Positions 12,598-25,960 of a stretch of 64,000 nucleotides of DNA are shown here, piece after piece; positions within the stretch are counted from its first letter, which is position 1; each line of letters starts with the position of its first letter. The position numbers and the translations under genes were made by a program. Source of the stretch: Eledone cirrhosa (taxonomy: Eukaryota); NCBI GenBank assembly GCA_964016885.1, contig OZ024742.1, positions 374,790,001 through 374,854,000 on the forward strand. The letters run 5' to 3'. Under the pieces are notes generated by a model. It ran no database searches. It was given only the letters and a program-made list of their open reading frames with translations, and was not told the DNA's origin.

Positions 12598-13624
12598 ATA
12601 TATATATTATATATACATACACATATATAAATGTATATTTATGTATAAATGTGTGTATGTATATATATTTAAACTCCACCAGTATTAATGATAAACTAAA
12701 AAGTAAGTCAGCAACAGTGATTTAATGAAGAAAAAGATACAGTAAAAACAGTGAAAGACGTATAATGTTTGATCAACCAGCCAGACCAGACCTCCCTGTT
12801 GTATATATATATATATGGTGACAGAGAAAATTTAACTGTTGTCCACACAGGTCAGTGTAATTGTCTACATTTGAGTAATGTCCATCACAGGTCTTTACAC
12901 AAGTAGCTTCCATTCCAGTTTGATAAACAAAATAAAAATCTGTTTTTATTTTGATGTGTTTGCAAAAAAACAACAAACAAACAAACAAAAAAAAAACAAA
13001 CAAAAAATTGTGTTATTTTTACTCACATCCATATAATTATTTCAAGTCAGGTTTAAAGTCAGTCAAAAATATTCAAAAACCCCTCTTTTTTTAATTTGTA
13101 AAAAAAAAAAAAAAATATTATAAAAATTATCTGTATCGTTTAAAGTATTTTTTAAACTGTGGTTCAATCTCTGACAAAACAGAAAAAAAGGGGCATTGTA
13201 TGTTTTGGTAAAACACGACAAAAACCATCTGAAATTGCACATATAATAAGCCTTAAAATGCATGGCAAAATCAATCAGCATATTTTTGATACGATACAGA
13301 TATACACAAGCATTTTTTAATTTGTTGTATTTGATAAACCATGAGTTTTTTGAGAGGGTCCTTATTTTTAATTTTAATTTTTTTTTTTTGTACTTTCTGT
13401 TTTCCTTATACATGATACTTGCTCACGTTTTTAAAAGTATTTTTTTTTGTGACCCCCCCCTCCCCTCTCCCCTTAAAAAAAACCCATAAAAAAGTGTCTT
13501 CTGCTGCCAACACTAAAATTGTCTAACTTAGAGATGTGATGGATACATGATGATGATGGGGATAATTTCTTCCCTTCTGTATATATGTATATGTGTGTAG
13601 TAGTTATTCATTTTGTTTAATAAG

Positions 13625-15935
13625 TATGTATAAAATGTATATTTATACATTGTGTGTGTATATTTATATATTTTATATACATATTATACATTTTATATAA
13701 TATGTATGTATAAATGTATATTTATACATTGTGTGTATGGGTGTGTATATTGTGTATATTTTGTGAGTGTGTGTGTATATTTTGTATATTTATGTGTTAT
13801 ACATTTTTGTATATGTATATATAAATGTATATTTATACATTGTGTTTGAGTGTGTATATTTTGTATATTTATATGTGTTATACATTACTGTATAATATGT
13901 ATATATGTATAGTTATAGTGTGTGTCTGTGTGTGTATATATGTATAGTTATAGTGTGTGAGGTGTATATATGTATAGTTATACATTGTGTGAGTGTGTAG
14001 ATATGTATAGTTATACAGTGTGTGTGAGTGTGTGTATATATGTATAGTTATAGTGTGTGAGTGTATATATATATGTATAGTTATACATTGTGTGAGTGTG
14101 TATATATGTATAGTTATACATTGTGTGAGTGTGTGTATATATGTATAGTTATACAGTGTGTGAGTGTATATATGTGTATAGTTATACAGTGTGTGTGAGT
14201 GTGTGTATATATGTATAGTTATACAGTGTGTGAGTGTGTATATGTATAGTTATACATTGTGTGAGTGTATATATGTATAGTTATACATTGTGTGAGTGTA
14301 TATATATATGTATAGTTATACATTGTGTGAGTGTGTCTATATGTGTATAGTTATACATTGTGTGAGTGTGTGTATATATGTATAGTTATACATTGTGTGA
14401 GTGTGTGTATATATGTATAGTTATACATTGTGTGAGTGTGTGTATATATGTATAGTTATACATTGTGTGAGTGTGTCTATGTGTATAGTTATACATTGTG
14501 TGTGAGTGTGTATATATGTGTATAGTTATACATTGTGTGTGAGTGTATATATGTATAGTTATACAGTGTGTGAGTGTATATATGTATAGTTATACATTGT
14601 GTGTGAGTGTATATATGTGTATAGTTATACAGTGTGTGTGAGTGTATATATATGTATAGTTATACATTGTGTGAGTGTGTGTATATATGTATAGTTATAC
14701 ATTGTGTGAGTGTATATATGTGTATAGTTATACATTGTGTGTGAGAGTATATATGTGTATAGTTATACAGTGTGTGAGTGTATATATGTATAGTTATACA
14801 TTGTGTGTGAGTGTATATATGTATAGTTATACATTGTGTGTGAGTGTATATATGTGTATAGTTATACATTGAGTGTGAGTGTATATATGTATAGTTATAC
14901 ATTGTGTGTGAGTGTATATATGTGTATAGTTATACAGTGTGTGTGAGTGTATATATATGTATAGTTATACAGTGTGTGAGTGTATATATGTGTATAGTTA
15001 TACATTGTGTGTGAGAGTATATATGTGTATAGTTATACATTGTGTGTGAGAGTATATATGTGTATAGTTATACATTGTGTGTGAGTGCATATATGTGTAT
15101 AGTTATACAGTGTGTGAGTGTATATATGTATAGTTATACAGTGTGTGAGTCTATATATGTGTATAGTTATACATTGTGTGTGAGTGTATATATGTGTATA
15201 GTTATACATTGTGTGTGAGTGTATATATGTGTATAGTTATACATTGTGTGAGTGTATATATGTGTATAGTTCTACATTGTGTGTGAGTGTATATATGTGT
15301 ATAGTTATACATTGTGTGTGAGTGTATATATGTGTATAGTTATACATTGTGTGTGAGTGTATATATGTATAGTTATACAGTGTGTGAGTGTATATATGTG
15401 TATAGTTATACATTGTGTGTATATGTGTATAGTTATACATTGTGTGTGAGTGTATATATGTGTATAGTTATACATTGTGTGTGAGTGTATATATGTGTAT
15501 AGTTATACAGTGTGTGAGTCTATATATGTGTATAGTTATACATTGTGTGTGAGTGTATATATGTGTATAGTTATACATTGTGTGTGAGTGTATATATGTG
15601 TATAGTTATACAGTGTGTGAGTGTATATATGTGTATAGTTATACATTGTGTGTGAGAGTATATATGTGTATAGTTATACATTGTGTGTGAGTGCATATAT
15701 GTGTATAGTTATACATTGTGTGTGAGTGTATATATGTGTATAGTTATACATTGTGTGAGTGTATATATGTGTATAGTTATACATTGTGTGTGAGTGTATA
15801 TATGTGTATAGTTATACATTGTGTGTGAGTGCATATATGTGTATAGTTATACATTGTGTGTGAGTGTATATATGTGTATAGTTATACATTGTGTGTATAT
15901 GTGTATAGTTATACATTGTGTGTGAGTGTATATTG
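13625..15935. repeat. Minisatellite, ~34-40-bp unit GTATAGTTATACA(T/G)TGTGTGTGAGTGTATATATGT
   Basis: About 60 copies with a constant TAGTTATACA core and variable TG/TA dinucleotide counts. Copies are degenerate at the left edge. Confidence 0.97.
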
Positions 15936-16452
15936 TGTGCTTAACCCCATAAGAATTCATAACATTATTGTCCCTTCTTTCTTGAGTTGAAGAAGAAAGC
16001 CCCAACATAACCTTTGTTCCATGTTGTTTTTAGAATGTGTTGCGTTAATTTAAGTCTAGGTCCTAGATTTATCAATTAGGAGGAGGTGGCCCCATTTTGG
16101 TCATGGCTGACCAAGGGTCTGCATCTCAAAAGTTCTTCATAAAGGCAAAAGCCCAGGCAAGGTGTTTTTGTGGAAGACCAGAAGTCAGCTACCGATACAT
16201 GCCACTCTCTCTCTCCATGCCGCTAATGTTATCCAAGGGAATGGTGATTTATCAATTATTACCTGTGTTAAATGTTGCTGTAACAACATATATTACTTTG
16301 TGATGTTCAGGTGGGAACTTGTGAAGCTTCTTGAAGGTGTTTTCAACTAAATATGTTTCACATACATATTACTACACTTGGACTCTGTTTAACAACAACC
16401 TACCTCAGAATATCTTTATGGTCATGCTATATATATATGTACTTGTGTCTAT

Positions 16453-16514
<62 letters not shown>

Positions 16515-17004
16515 TCTAAAGTAAGTAAAACTGACTTATTTTAGTCCGTCTAGGCTTAAGTTTAATATATATATATATATTTATAGTCATCATTATCACA
16601 GTTTATTGTGGAAAATGGACATTAAACAGGGATGATAATAATATATATATAAACTCATGCACACACATGTTTGTGTGTGTATGTACACACATATATATAT
16701 ATATATACATGTATATAAATACCTCACTCGCCCCAATTGCACATATGCAAGCACATACCTATATTGTAAGCATTAGACTTGTATACTTAGATTTGAGTAT
16801 ATTTCTTCATGTACAGTATTATTTTGCATACACACACACCTCCACACATACACCATATTTGTAATGTAGCTCCTATTATAGAAATGTATGTAGAATGTGT
16901 ATAGATAATGTAAGTATATATTGATGTATATAGTCAGATAGACATGTGCATGCAAGTTATTCTATATTATACAGAGCATGCTCAAATGAGGGTTTTGCTT
17001 GAAA

Positions 17005-17300
17005 ATTCTAAGGTCCTGGGTTCTATTTCCGTGTGGCATGTTGGGTTTAGGCAACTGTCATTACCATAGCCTTGGGACAACCTATGTTTTGGGGGGACAG
17101 AAACTGGAAGCCCTTCAAATGGACTGCACGTGTATGTCATTTAAACGACCAGCTTTGTTACACACTGTGTCATGCTGAATCTCCCTGAGAATTATATTCA
17201 AGGTATACATCTCATTGGAATGCTCAGTCACTTAGATGTTAATTTCATTAGCATGCTGTTCTGTTGCTAGAATGACTGAAACACTTGATATCAATGGCTG
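17005..17300 (+). mobile_element. Old SINE remnants (tRNA-like head fragment plus a second repeat family)
   Basis: AGGTCCTGGGTTCTATTTCC B-box-like head. The segment TGTCATGCTGAATCT...GGAATGCTCAG.CACTT..ATG.TAATTTCA recurs at ~21308-21445. Confidence 0.6.
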
Positions 17301-17494
17301 CATGTATCAATATTTCATTACAATTCCTCACTCTTCCAATATTTCGTAACTGTCATTTGTAATTATAATTTTATTAATTACTTATATTCTCAGGTTACAA
17401 TAGGGAGTAGGGTTGGAATTGGCCGTGGGAGTAGTAGAAAATTGGTAATCTTTCTAGGTTGTTTGTTGAATTTATTTTTTTTTAAACCAGAATT

Positions 17495-17586
17495 ATAATA
17501 ATAATGAAATTATTGTGTAAAGTGCTCAGGTGCACTACAACTCGTCAATATAGTACATAGAATAATACACAAATGTCAGGGAAGTA
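17495..17586 (-). mobile_element. CR1-type LINE 3'-end fragment
   Basis: AATGAAATTATTGTGTAAAGTGCTCAGGTGCACTACAACTC matches 9920-9960. Confidence 0.85.
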
Positions 17587-17993
17587 CAATTAGTCATTTA
17601 GTTTACATATTAAGACCCCAACCCATCCTATTTATTTTATAACATATGGGATTTCTAGTAATGTACTTTTTGTTGTCATGTATAATCTTTTTAATGTATA
17701 AAGAAAATTAATTGTTGTAGGAATGCTACCACTTAAAATAAAATTTCACCAGAGATGGATTAGCAAAATTTAATTAGCAGGGGTGTTAGAATAAGCAGGG
17801 GGGATGATTATTGAATACTTGAGAGTATATTCTAAAATAAATTTTCAACAAAAAACAACCAATAATCCTAACCTGTGTAAGACCTAAACTTTTAAATCTT
17901 TAAACAAATATTAATTCTATCACAAATAATAGCTGGTACATCTTTTTATTTTAGTGTTTCCAATAACTGTTTTTAATAAGTTATAATATGAAG

Positions 17994-18126
17994 AAGGTAC
18001 ATGGGTTAGTGGGTAGGGTGTTTGGTTCACGATTGTACGATCGTGAGTTCGATTCTGGGCAGCGCATTGTGTCCTTGAGCAAGACACTTTATTTCATGTT
18101 ACTCCAGTCCACTCAACTGGCAAAAA
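17994..18126 (+). mobile_element. tRNA-derived SINE, family B (5' part)
   Basis: TGGGTTAGTGGGTAGGGTG (A box), GAGTTCGATTC (B box), GTGTCCTTGAGCAAGACACTTTATTT. Homologous to 21969-22305. Confidence 0.85.
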
Positions 18127-18233
18127 GAAACAATACATAAAACAAAACAACAAACGGGTCAATGAAGGTGAAGGATTCAAGTATGAGAGTAACAGTAGCC
18201 ATGTTGGATTCCTTATGTGTGTGTGTATATATG

Positions 18234-18288
<55 letters not shown>

Positions 18289-18545
18289 TGCACCTTCAAG
18301 CAGTATCACTAACTCCCTTCCCTCATTCATTTTTATAAGTATAATCTATGTTTTACTGATACTGGTCCCAAAGTTTGGTCTTATGTCCTATAATTAGTTA
18401 CCCCTTTTAATTATATATACGTAGAATCTGTAGGTTAAGGGGCTTGGCTATTGTTTACTACCCTCCCCTCACATGTTGATGATCTTGATCTCATTCCGGT
18501 TACGTATTTGCTCACAGTCTTCACTGTCTGTACTAAAAAATAGAT

Positions 18546-18924
18546 AAATAGATGCCTCTTCTTCCTCATTTTCTTGTTGGGTCAAATAGATGCCTCTTCT
18601 TCCTCATTTTCTTGTTGGGTCAAATAGATGCCTCCTCTTCCTCATTTTCTTGTTGGGTCAAATAGATGCCTCTTCTTCCTCATTTTCTTGTTGGGTCAAA
18701 TAGATGCCTCTTCTTCCTCATTTTCTTGTTGGGTCAAATAGATGCCTCTTCTTCCTCATTTTCTTGTTGGGTCAAATAGATGCCTCCTCTTCCTCATTTT
18801 CTTGTTGGGTCAAATAGATGCCTCTTCTTCCTCATTTTCTTGTTGGGTCAAATAAATGCCTCCTCTTCCTCATTTTCTTGTTGGGTCAAATAGATGCCTC
18901 CTCTTCCTCATTTTCTTGTTGGGT
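18546..18924. repeat. 38-bp minisatellite, 10 near-identical copies
   Basis: AAATAGATGCCTC(T/C)TCTTCCTCATTTTCTTGTTGGGTC in tandem with no spacers. Confidence 0.98.
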
Positions 18925-18994
18925 GAAAAAATCTACAGAAGTAGAGGAGGCAGCAAAGTAGATATAATATTTGTTCCAAAAATATATGCAAATA

Positions 18995-19072
18995 TAATAA
19001 TAATAAGAAGAAGAATGAAAGTTATTACACAGTGCTCAGGTACATTGCAACTTGTCAAGGGTACATTTATAG
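18995..19072 (-). mobile_element. CR1-type LINE 3'-end fragment, diverged
   Basis: AATGAAAGTTATTACACAGTGCTCAGGTACATTGCAACTTGTCAAGG matches the 9920-9970 end. Confidence 0.7.
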
Positions 19073-19219
19073 TCGGGGAAAAAAATCAAACTGTACTTTC
19101 CTTAAAGAGATTAGATATGAAATTAAGTGATAATAAATAAAGTGACATCAATTTAACGATCTTACCATTGGGATAGTTAATGATACATTTGTTATTATAA
19201 TACTATTATTTTGTTGTGT

Positions 19220-19276
19220 TGTCTAACCCATGCTAGCATGGAAGATGGACGTTAAATGGTGATGACGATGATGATG
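19220..19276 (-). mobile_element. Short retroposon end with (GAT)n tail
   Basis: GTCTAACCCATGCTAGCATGGAAGATGGACGTTAAA(TGA)n. The same motif occurs at 57180-57245, 59758-59812 and 60092-60140. Confidence 0.75.
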
Positions 19277-19375
19277 TCTCCAATAATATTCTGATTATTT
19301 GATAAGCCATGAATTAATCTAACTGCTGATACATAGTCTGATGCTCCCTTGCTGTTTTTTTAATTTATATATATA

Positions 19376-19742
19376 ATAAAGAATCAGGAGCTGACAGCTG
19401 AGTTCTTGCCATTTCAACAGCTAGAGTAGCCGTTTAAACGGCAAGAGCTCAGTCGCTGGGTCGCCACTCTTTATAATATAGCCATACTCTACTACCCCAA
19501 ATATTGAGTATTCTGTTGAGTAATGGTCTAACTAGTTTTAAACTGGTTATATATATATAACAAAGGAATTGTGGTAAGGAACCAGATGGACCATAACGCA
19601 CCAGAGTACTCAATACTTAGGGTAGTAGAGTGGTAAATAGGAAAAAGTATGACCCCGACGATAGAGCTCAAGCCGTTTCGGCGGCTATTTCTGGACGTCG
19701 AAACGGCTTGAGCTCTGCCGTCGGGGTCATACTTTTTCCTAT
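19376..19742. mobile_element. Two related palindrome-capped elements arranged tail-to-tail (possibly Penelope-like LTR remnants)
   Basis: Hairpin 19376-19474, inverted pair 19486-19537/19580-19631, hairpin 19637-19742, bounded and separated by (TA)n. The structure is seen directly. The family assignment is inference. Confidence 0.55.
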
Positions 19743-20154
19743 ATATAATTTTGTTTGCCTCAATTTTTTTTTTTTTGTAAAAGGTGGGTGCTTCCTTATT
19801 TTTTTGTAAATACTCTTACAAAATATATTTTTTTTTCTTTTAAATAAGTGTTGGCAGAAAGATATATATATATATATATATATATCTACAAAGACCTTTT
19901 TTTTTCACTGTCATTCCTTGTTCTTCCTCCCACTTCTCCTTTATTACTTCTTCCTTCCCAATTCTTACCTCCCACCCTCTCTTCTCAAACACTTTATTTT
20001 CTTTACCCATTGATTACTCTTAAAGACAAAAGAAGACAAATTTTTGAGTGTACCTATCTGAAGAATATTGAACTGTATGTTTACCAAAGTCTGCAAGTAG
20101 TGCTGCTACTGCTGTTATTGCTGCTGCCGTTGCTGCTGGTGTTTTCTTTACTAT

Positions 20155-20371
20155 TTTATGTATTTATGTATGTATATATATGTGTGTGTGTATATGTATG
20201 TATATATATATATATATATATGTGTGTATATGTGTATATATATATGTATGTGTATATATATATATATATGTATGTGTATATATATGTATGTGTATATGTA
20301 TGTATATGTATATTTATATATATGTATATACATATGCATATTTATTAATATGCATAGACACACACACGCAC

Positions 20372-20402
<31 letters not shown>

Positions 20403-20423
20403 CTTACACACACGCACACATAT

Positions 20424-20454
<31 letters not shown>

Positions 20455-20455
20455 A
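20155..20455. repeat. Compound (TA)/(TG)/(CA) microsatellite
   Basis: Seen directly. Confidence 0.95.
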
Positions 20456-20840
20456 AACAATTATTTTGTTGTTGTTACTGACTTGCCAAGACCAAATTAG
20501 GTATTGCACATCATTGCTGTAATGTCATGCTTAACGAGTTAATGAAGTAACTGTCTCAACTAACGAGATGACAAGGATTGAAGCATTCAATCACAATTTA
20601 GCTGTGATAACAACTTGAGAGTATAATCTTTATTTTTATGAGTTTTTTCTTTTTCCATGCATGAGTATACGATTTAAACATCTTTTTTTTTTTGTATATG
20701 GTGGTAACATGGATGTTGTATTTAAAATAAAACAAACACATGGTCATTTTTTTAATATCAGTATTGATAGGGAACACATATCTCTGTGTGTGTATATTTA
20801 TGTATGTATGTAAGTGTGTGTGTGTGCGTATATATATATA

Positions 20841-21080
20841 TGAAGGAGTGGTGAAAAGTTCCTGGCTTTGGGTAAAAGAAAATACAGAAGGATCAGTTAA
20901 AAGATAATACAAGAGGATCAGTTATGATTTTATTCAACATATTCCCCTCTCAGATTCACACACTTATTGTAACAGTCCTTCAGTTTTTCTAAGCCCTGTA
21001 AAAAGGACTTGGAAGGTTAGGTCTACAACCAGACCTCTGTAGCAGCGATCAAACCAGGAACATTTCAGCACCTTCTCCTG
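20841..21080. mobile_element. Mariner-type MITE (~240 bp)
   Basis: Degenerate TIRs GGAGTGGTGAAAAGTTCCTGGCTTTG and AAACCAGGAACATTTCAGCACCTTCTCC, flanked by TA. Confidence 0.8.
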
Positions 21081-21230
21081 TATGTATGTATATATATATA
21101 TATATATTTATAATTTTTGTGTTGGCAGTATTCTTATTCTCTTATTTTCACATTTCTCTTTTGTTTTTGTTAAATGTTATTTCTGTTAGCCATACATGTA
21201 TCTATACATATGTGTTTGCGAGTATCTGTG

Positions 21231-21261
<31 letters not shown>

Positions 21262-21304
21262 GTGTCTTAAGTTGTACATGTAATTCAAAGTCCCAACCTC
21301 ACCA

Positions 21305-21445
21305 CAGACTGTCATGCTGAATCTATTTGAAAGCTATATTAAGGATGTACATGTTTGTGGAATGCTCAGCCACTTGCATGATAATTTCACAAGCAGGCTG
21401 CTGTGTTGATTGAACAACTGGAATACTTGTCATCAGAATTGACAA
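21305..21445 (+). mobile_element. Interspersed repeat remnant (second copy of 17160-17295)
   Basis: Direct similarity within the window. Confidence 0.65.
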
Positions 21446-21968
21446 AGGTCCTACAATAATAACAACAATATCAGAAACACATTGTACAAAATGACTTTCC
21501 ATACAGTCTCACATATGAGTCTTGTTTTCAATATGGCCTCCTTAAATATGGAATAAATTTAAACATTTTAACAATCACTATATATATTATGCTGGAATGC
21601 TGTTAGCTGTGGACATTTTGTAGTAGATTGGAGGATGAGAATTAAGTAAAATTGATGGTAGTTAAAATGTATCTTGTGTTATATATATTCTCTAGTTATA
21701 TATAGTGTATACAAGTATTTTCCAATATGTTTATTTCATTTTGAAAAACAAAACAAAAATTCTCAAATATCTGAGGAAAAACTTTGACAATCTCTTATTA
21801 TTTAAAAAAATTTTTTTTTTTAATTTCTTGCTGTTCTGTTAAACTGGAGTAATATCTTTTTGGCCTTCTAGTCATATAATAAAACAACTTGTGTAATAGC
21901 CAGAAACTTGCCCCATTAAACAACACACAGGAATGAATATGCAAATACTCTTAATAATAATAATATTT

Positions 21969-22305
21969 AAGGTGTGTGGCTTAGTGATTAGGGTGTTCAG
22001 TTCATGATTCATAAAGTCATGAATTCAATTCCTGGACTGGGCAATGCAATTTGTTCTTGAGAAAGACACTTTATTTAACATTGCTCTAGTTTACTCAACC
22101 GGAACAAATGAGTTGCGATGTCACTGGTGCCAAGCTGTATTGGCCATTGCTTTTCTCTTGGATAACATCGGTGGCCTGGAGAGGGGAGACTGGCATGCAT
22201 GGGGAACTGCTGGTTTTCCATAAAAACACTTTGCCCAGGCTTGCTCCTCAGAGAAGGAATTTTCTAGCTGTAAATCCATGGTCAGTCCTGACCCAAGGGG
22301 GCCTT
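21969..22305 (+). mobile_element. tRNA-derived SINE, family B (near full length)
   Basis: TGGCTTAGTGATTAGGGTG A box, GAATTCAATTCC B box, TTCTTGAGAAAGACACTTTATTT, GC-richer 3' body. Confidence 0.8.
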
Positions 22306-22888
22306 TTTATAATATTGATCTTCATAAATTATATAAGTATAATCAACCAAGAAATATCTAACTTTCTGTAAAATTTGGATGAAAATTTAAATTATATTTT
22401 GCATTTGTCAACATCATATGCAAATATTCCATCACTTGTTGCTAAATACTTCTAGTCGGCCAAGAAATAATTTAAGTTCTATTTTCTATCTGTAAATCAT
22501 TAGTTATTTGTTTATCTTGTTCAGTCTTTCTTCGTTTTTTCTCCCCAATCTTTCATATTCTTTCATTTCCTACTATATCAAGCGTTGAACTAATATATAT
22601 CTTCATTGTGCTGTATCGTTTTGCTGTGTTGTTTTTTTGTTTACTTTTCACATATATGCACAGATACTAAACCTTATACATATACACATATGAATATACA
22701 TATGTACATAATATATATATATATATATGCATATTGTTTTGTAGATTAGACTGCACTACAGAAATAATTAGAAATATTCCTGTATTATCACTGTTCTTTC
22801 TGTTTACTTCCATTAATGAGGTAGGATTGGTTCTAAGAATGCATTTGTATATTTGAAAGACAAAATCTGTGTTACAGTTAAACATTTC

Positions 22889-22928
<40 letters not shown>

Positions 22929-24684
22929 CACACTCACATGATTTTATTTTAATTGATATTAAAAAAAGAAAAATGTCTTGAAATACATTTTTTTAAATCG
23001 TTGCATTATGATATAATTTATAAATTTAATTTTTTTAAAGAAAATTTCTTAGGATATGTGTTCTCTTCAAGAAATATTTTGTTTTTGTCTAATTTTTCTT
23101 AAACCTTGACCATGAAAGGGGAAATGAAGGATGGACTGGAATAAAACAGCTTCATATACATGTTAACAACCAAGTAAACCAATAATAGTTGAATGTTAAC
23201 TACTACTATATTTCTGAGCATTGTTAACCATGCATGTGGAATTCTTAGCAAATTTATTAAGGTAGTGTAGACTCTACATACCACACCACCTTAAGTTTGT
23301 TAGCTGCTCATTAGATGTTTTAGTTTGTAGATCAGAGTTAACCCCACTCCCAAATATTCGTTTCTTTTTAAAGTGTTTCGTAAGAAACTTCTTTTTTTTT
23401 TTTTTTTTTTTTTTTCAATCTTTCATTTCATGGAATATTTTGGTTTCTGGTGTTAACATAAGACATTTCCTTCCAAAAATTCTAGTCCCTCCTTTTTTTC
23501 CTTTCATTTATTTTTTTTTACACAACATCCTTGTTAGGATTTTTCCATGGCCTTTAACATCAGCGCCTAACTAAGAGCTTATTCAAACGAATATTAATTC
23601 CGTTGACGTTTATAATGAGGCCAAATTTGGGTTGAATGAAACAAAAACTGAAAAAAGATAATATAAAAATAAATATGCGAACGACCAGACAAAATTTGTA
23701 AAAACTAAAACAACATAAAACTAAAACAAATTTACAAAAATTGTAACAACCAATTTAAAAAAAGGAAATGAAGTAAAAACATTCTATATCTATCTATATA
23801 TATATATATATTAACACCTGGATTTAAAAAAAAAACATTCTATATCTATCTATATATATATATTAACACCTGGATTTTAAAAAAACCAAGCAACAACGTA
23901 AATATGAAATTGTTAAGATCAGAATTTACCGGTAAAAGTGTAAAATCATTGTAAATAAATGCTGGAGTTATATTTTTGTATGAAGATTTGCCAAGATCTA
24001 CATCAAGTACTGCCTCCCTAACTGATCCACCTCCTCCTTCGGGTTGGCAGTCAAGTGTGTGAGATGACGACGAGATGCGATTTACAGACCAAAACTTCTC
24101 TCCTTTTGTGGAGGGTTTTCATGTTGAAGAAGATGATGATGATGATGATATTGGATTAACAAAAAAGAAAAAAAGTTTATATAAAATGTATCTGTCTATA
24201 TAAATATAATATACATGTGCGTATATATTGCACACATGTCACTGATGGTTTAAAAAAAAAAAAATAATTTGAATAAAAAGGTGAAATCAATGTTTTTCCC
24301 CACCCCTCTTAAGAAGGTATTTATTGATATACCACTTGGTATTGATGTATTTCATTCCAGGGAGAACTCCCAGCTCAGCCTCTCATGAAAACCAACCATC
24401 GGTGACAGAAACAAATATGAGACTGTCACATCATGCAGTTCTACCGTTGCATTTTTTTGTTTTTTCACCAACTACTCTCCTCCTCCACCATTGCCACCAC
24501 TTGGGAAACTGCTCGGTGGGAAAGAAAGAAAAAATATCTGTGATAAATATTACCAAACTTCAACCATTGTTGTAATCTAAAGATTTTAACTGCGCAGCTT
24601 CTCTTTCTTCAGGAATTAGCTATTTTTAAACTCAAAACTCTTGTACTATTTTGTCTTTGTTTATAAAGTATGCTACTTTTAAAC

Positions 24685-24823
24685 TTTTTATTTATATATA
24701 TATACATACACATATTTATATGTATATATATGTATATACACACATCTATATATACATATATATATACATGTTTATATACATGTATATATTCATGTGCATA
24801 TATACATACACATTTATATATAC

Positions 24824-24861
<38 letters not shown>

Positions 24862-25274
24862 CTATATATATATACATGTATACATATATATATATATATA
24901 TATGTATGTATACATTATTTATGTGTGTATGTATACATGTATATATATATATATATAAATAAAATAAAATGTGAGTCTATATCCGAACAAACAACAATCT
25001 ATTCCTATAAACCAATATAACAGCATTCCATTTTTCACAGAATTATTTAATGTTCTGATTGGAAAATTTAACAACACATTGGTTTTTATATATATATATA
25101 AAATTATTTTTAAAACAACAAAAAAAAAAAACGTTCAAAATGGTAATTGTTTCGTTATGTTTTAACAGAATTTTCTCTATGTTCTTCTTTATTTTGTCTT
25201 CCTTTGTCATATATTCGTCTTATCATTTATAATTGAGAAATGTCTTAGACGTCTGACAAATTTCTTTATATATA

Positions 25275-25340
<66 letters not shown>

Positions 25341-25343
25341 AAT

Positions 25344-25389
<46 letters not shown>

Positions 25390-25410
25390 CTGTATATATG
25401 TATGTATGTA
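24685..25410. repeat. Two (TA)/(CA) microsatellite tracts (24685-24957, 25266-25410)
   Basis: Seen directly. Confidence 0.9.
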
Positions 25411-25960
25411 TCTTACTCCAGGACAGTGTTTCACTATCTTTCTGGACACTGACCCCCATGTGGATCAGCAGTAACATTGGTAGGGGTCAAAACTGTATGC
25501 CCAATGACCATGGAGCATGTTTACCTGTTGCCACATACACAAATATATACGCACACACATACATTGAAGTTTGGTGGTTCGCCAGTGGGTAGAACTGGTC
25601 ATTCCGCATAGTTAACCATGATGTAATAGTAGCAATTTCACCAGTCCATCCTCAATAATATAATATGTTCATCTATTGTTTAAGTTGAGCTTTTTATATG
25701 AATAATTATTAATATTATTCATAATAAGAATTTAATTAAGAAAATGGCTCTTGTGGTGCCTGGTTCTTTCCCTGTTGTAAGTTGCAGTTGTTTTTACTTC
25801 CAAATCTCTATTATTTATCAATACCACACGCACATATGTTCAGTCAAACACAACAATGACACTAATGGAACTTCAATCTGAGAATACCAACATTAAATTT
25901 AATATTAAACTTCAAAGAACACAACTAAATTGTTGGCACAATATAAATATATTTAATAAG

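Noticed and set aside
18546-18924. 38-bp repeats (and the 31-bp array at 57.4 kb) are CRISPR-repeat sized
   Set aside because: The copies are contiguous with no unique spacers, there are no cas genes, and the context is eukaryotic.
19637-19742. Hammerhead ribozyme in the CGAAAC-containing hairpin
   Set aside because: There is no CUGANGA core at a suitable position on either strand.
23904-24203. Plus-strand frame with in-frame TGA (...GWQSSV*DDDEMRF...) as a selenoprotein or readthrough candidate
   Set aside because: The frame is also broken by TAA, there are no splice sites or recognisable SECIS, and the acidic run is a (GAT)n microsatellite.
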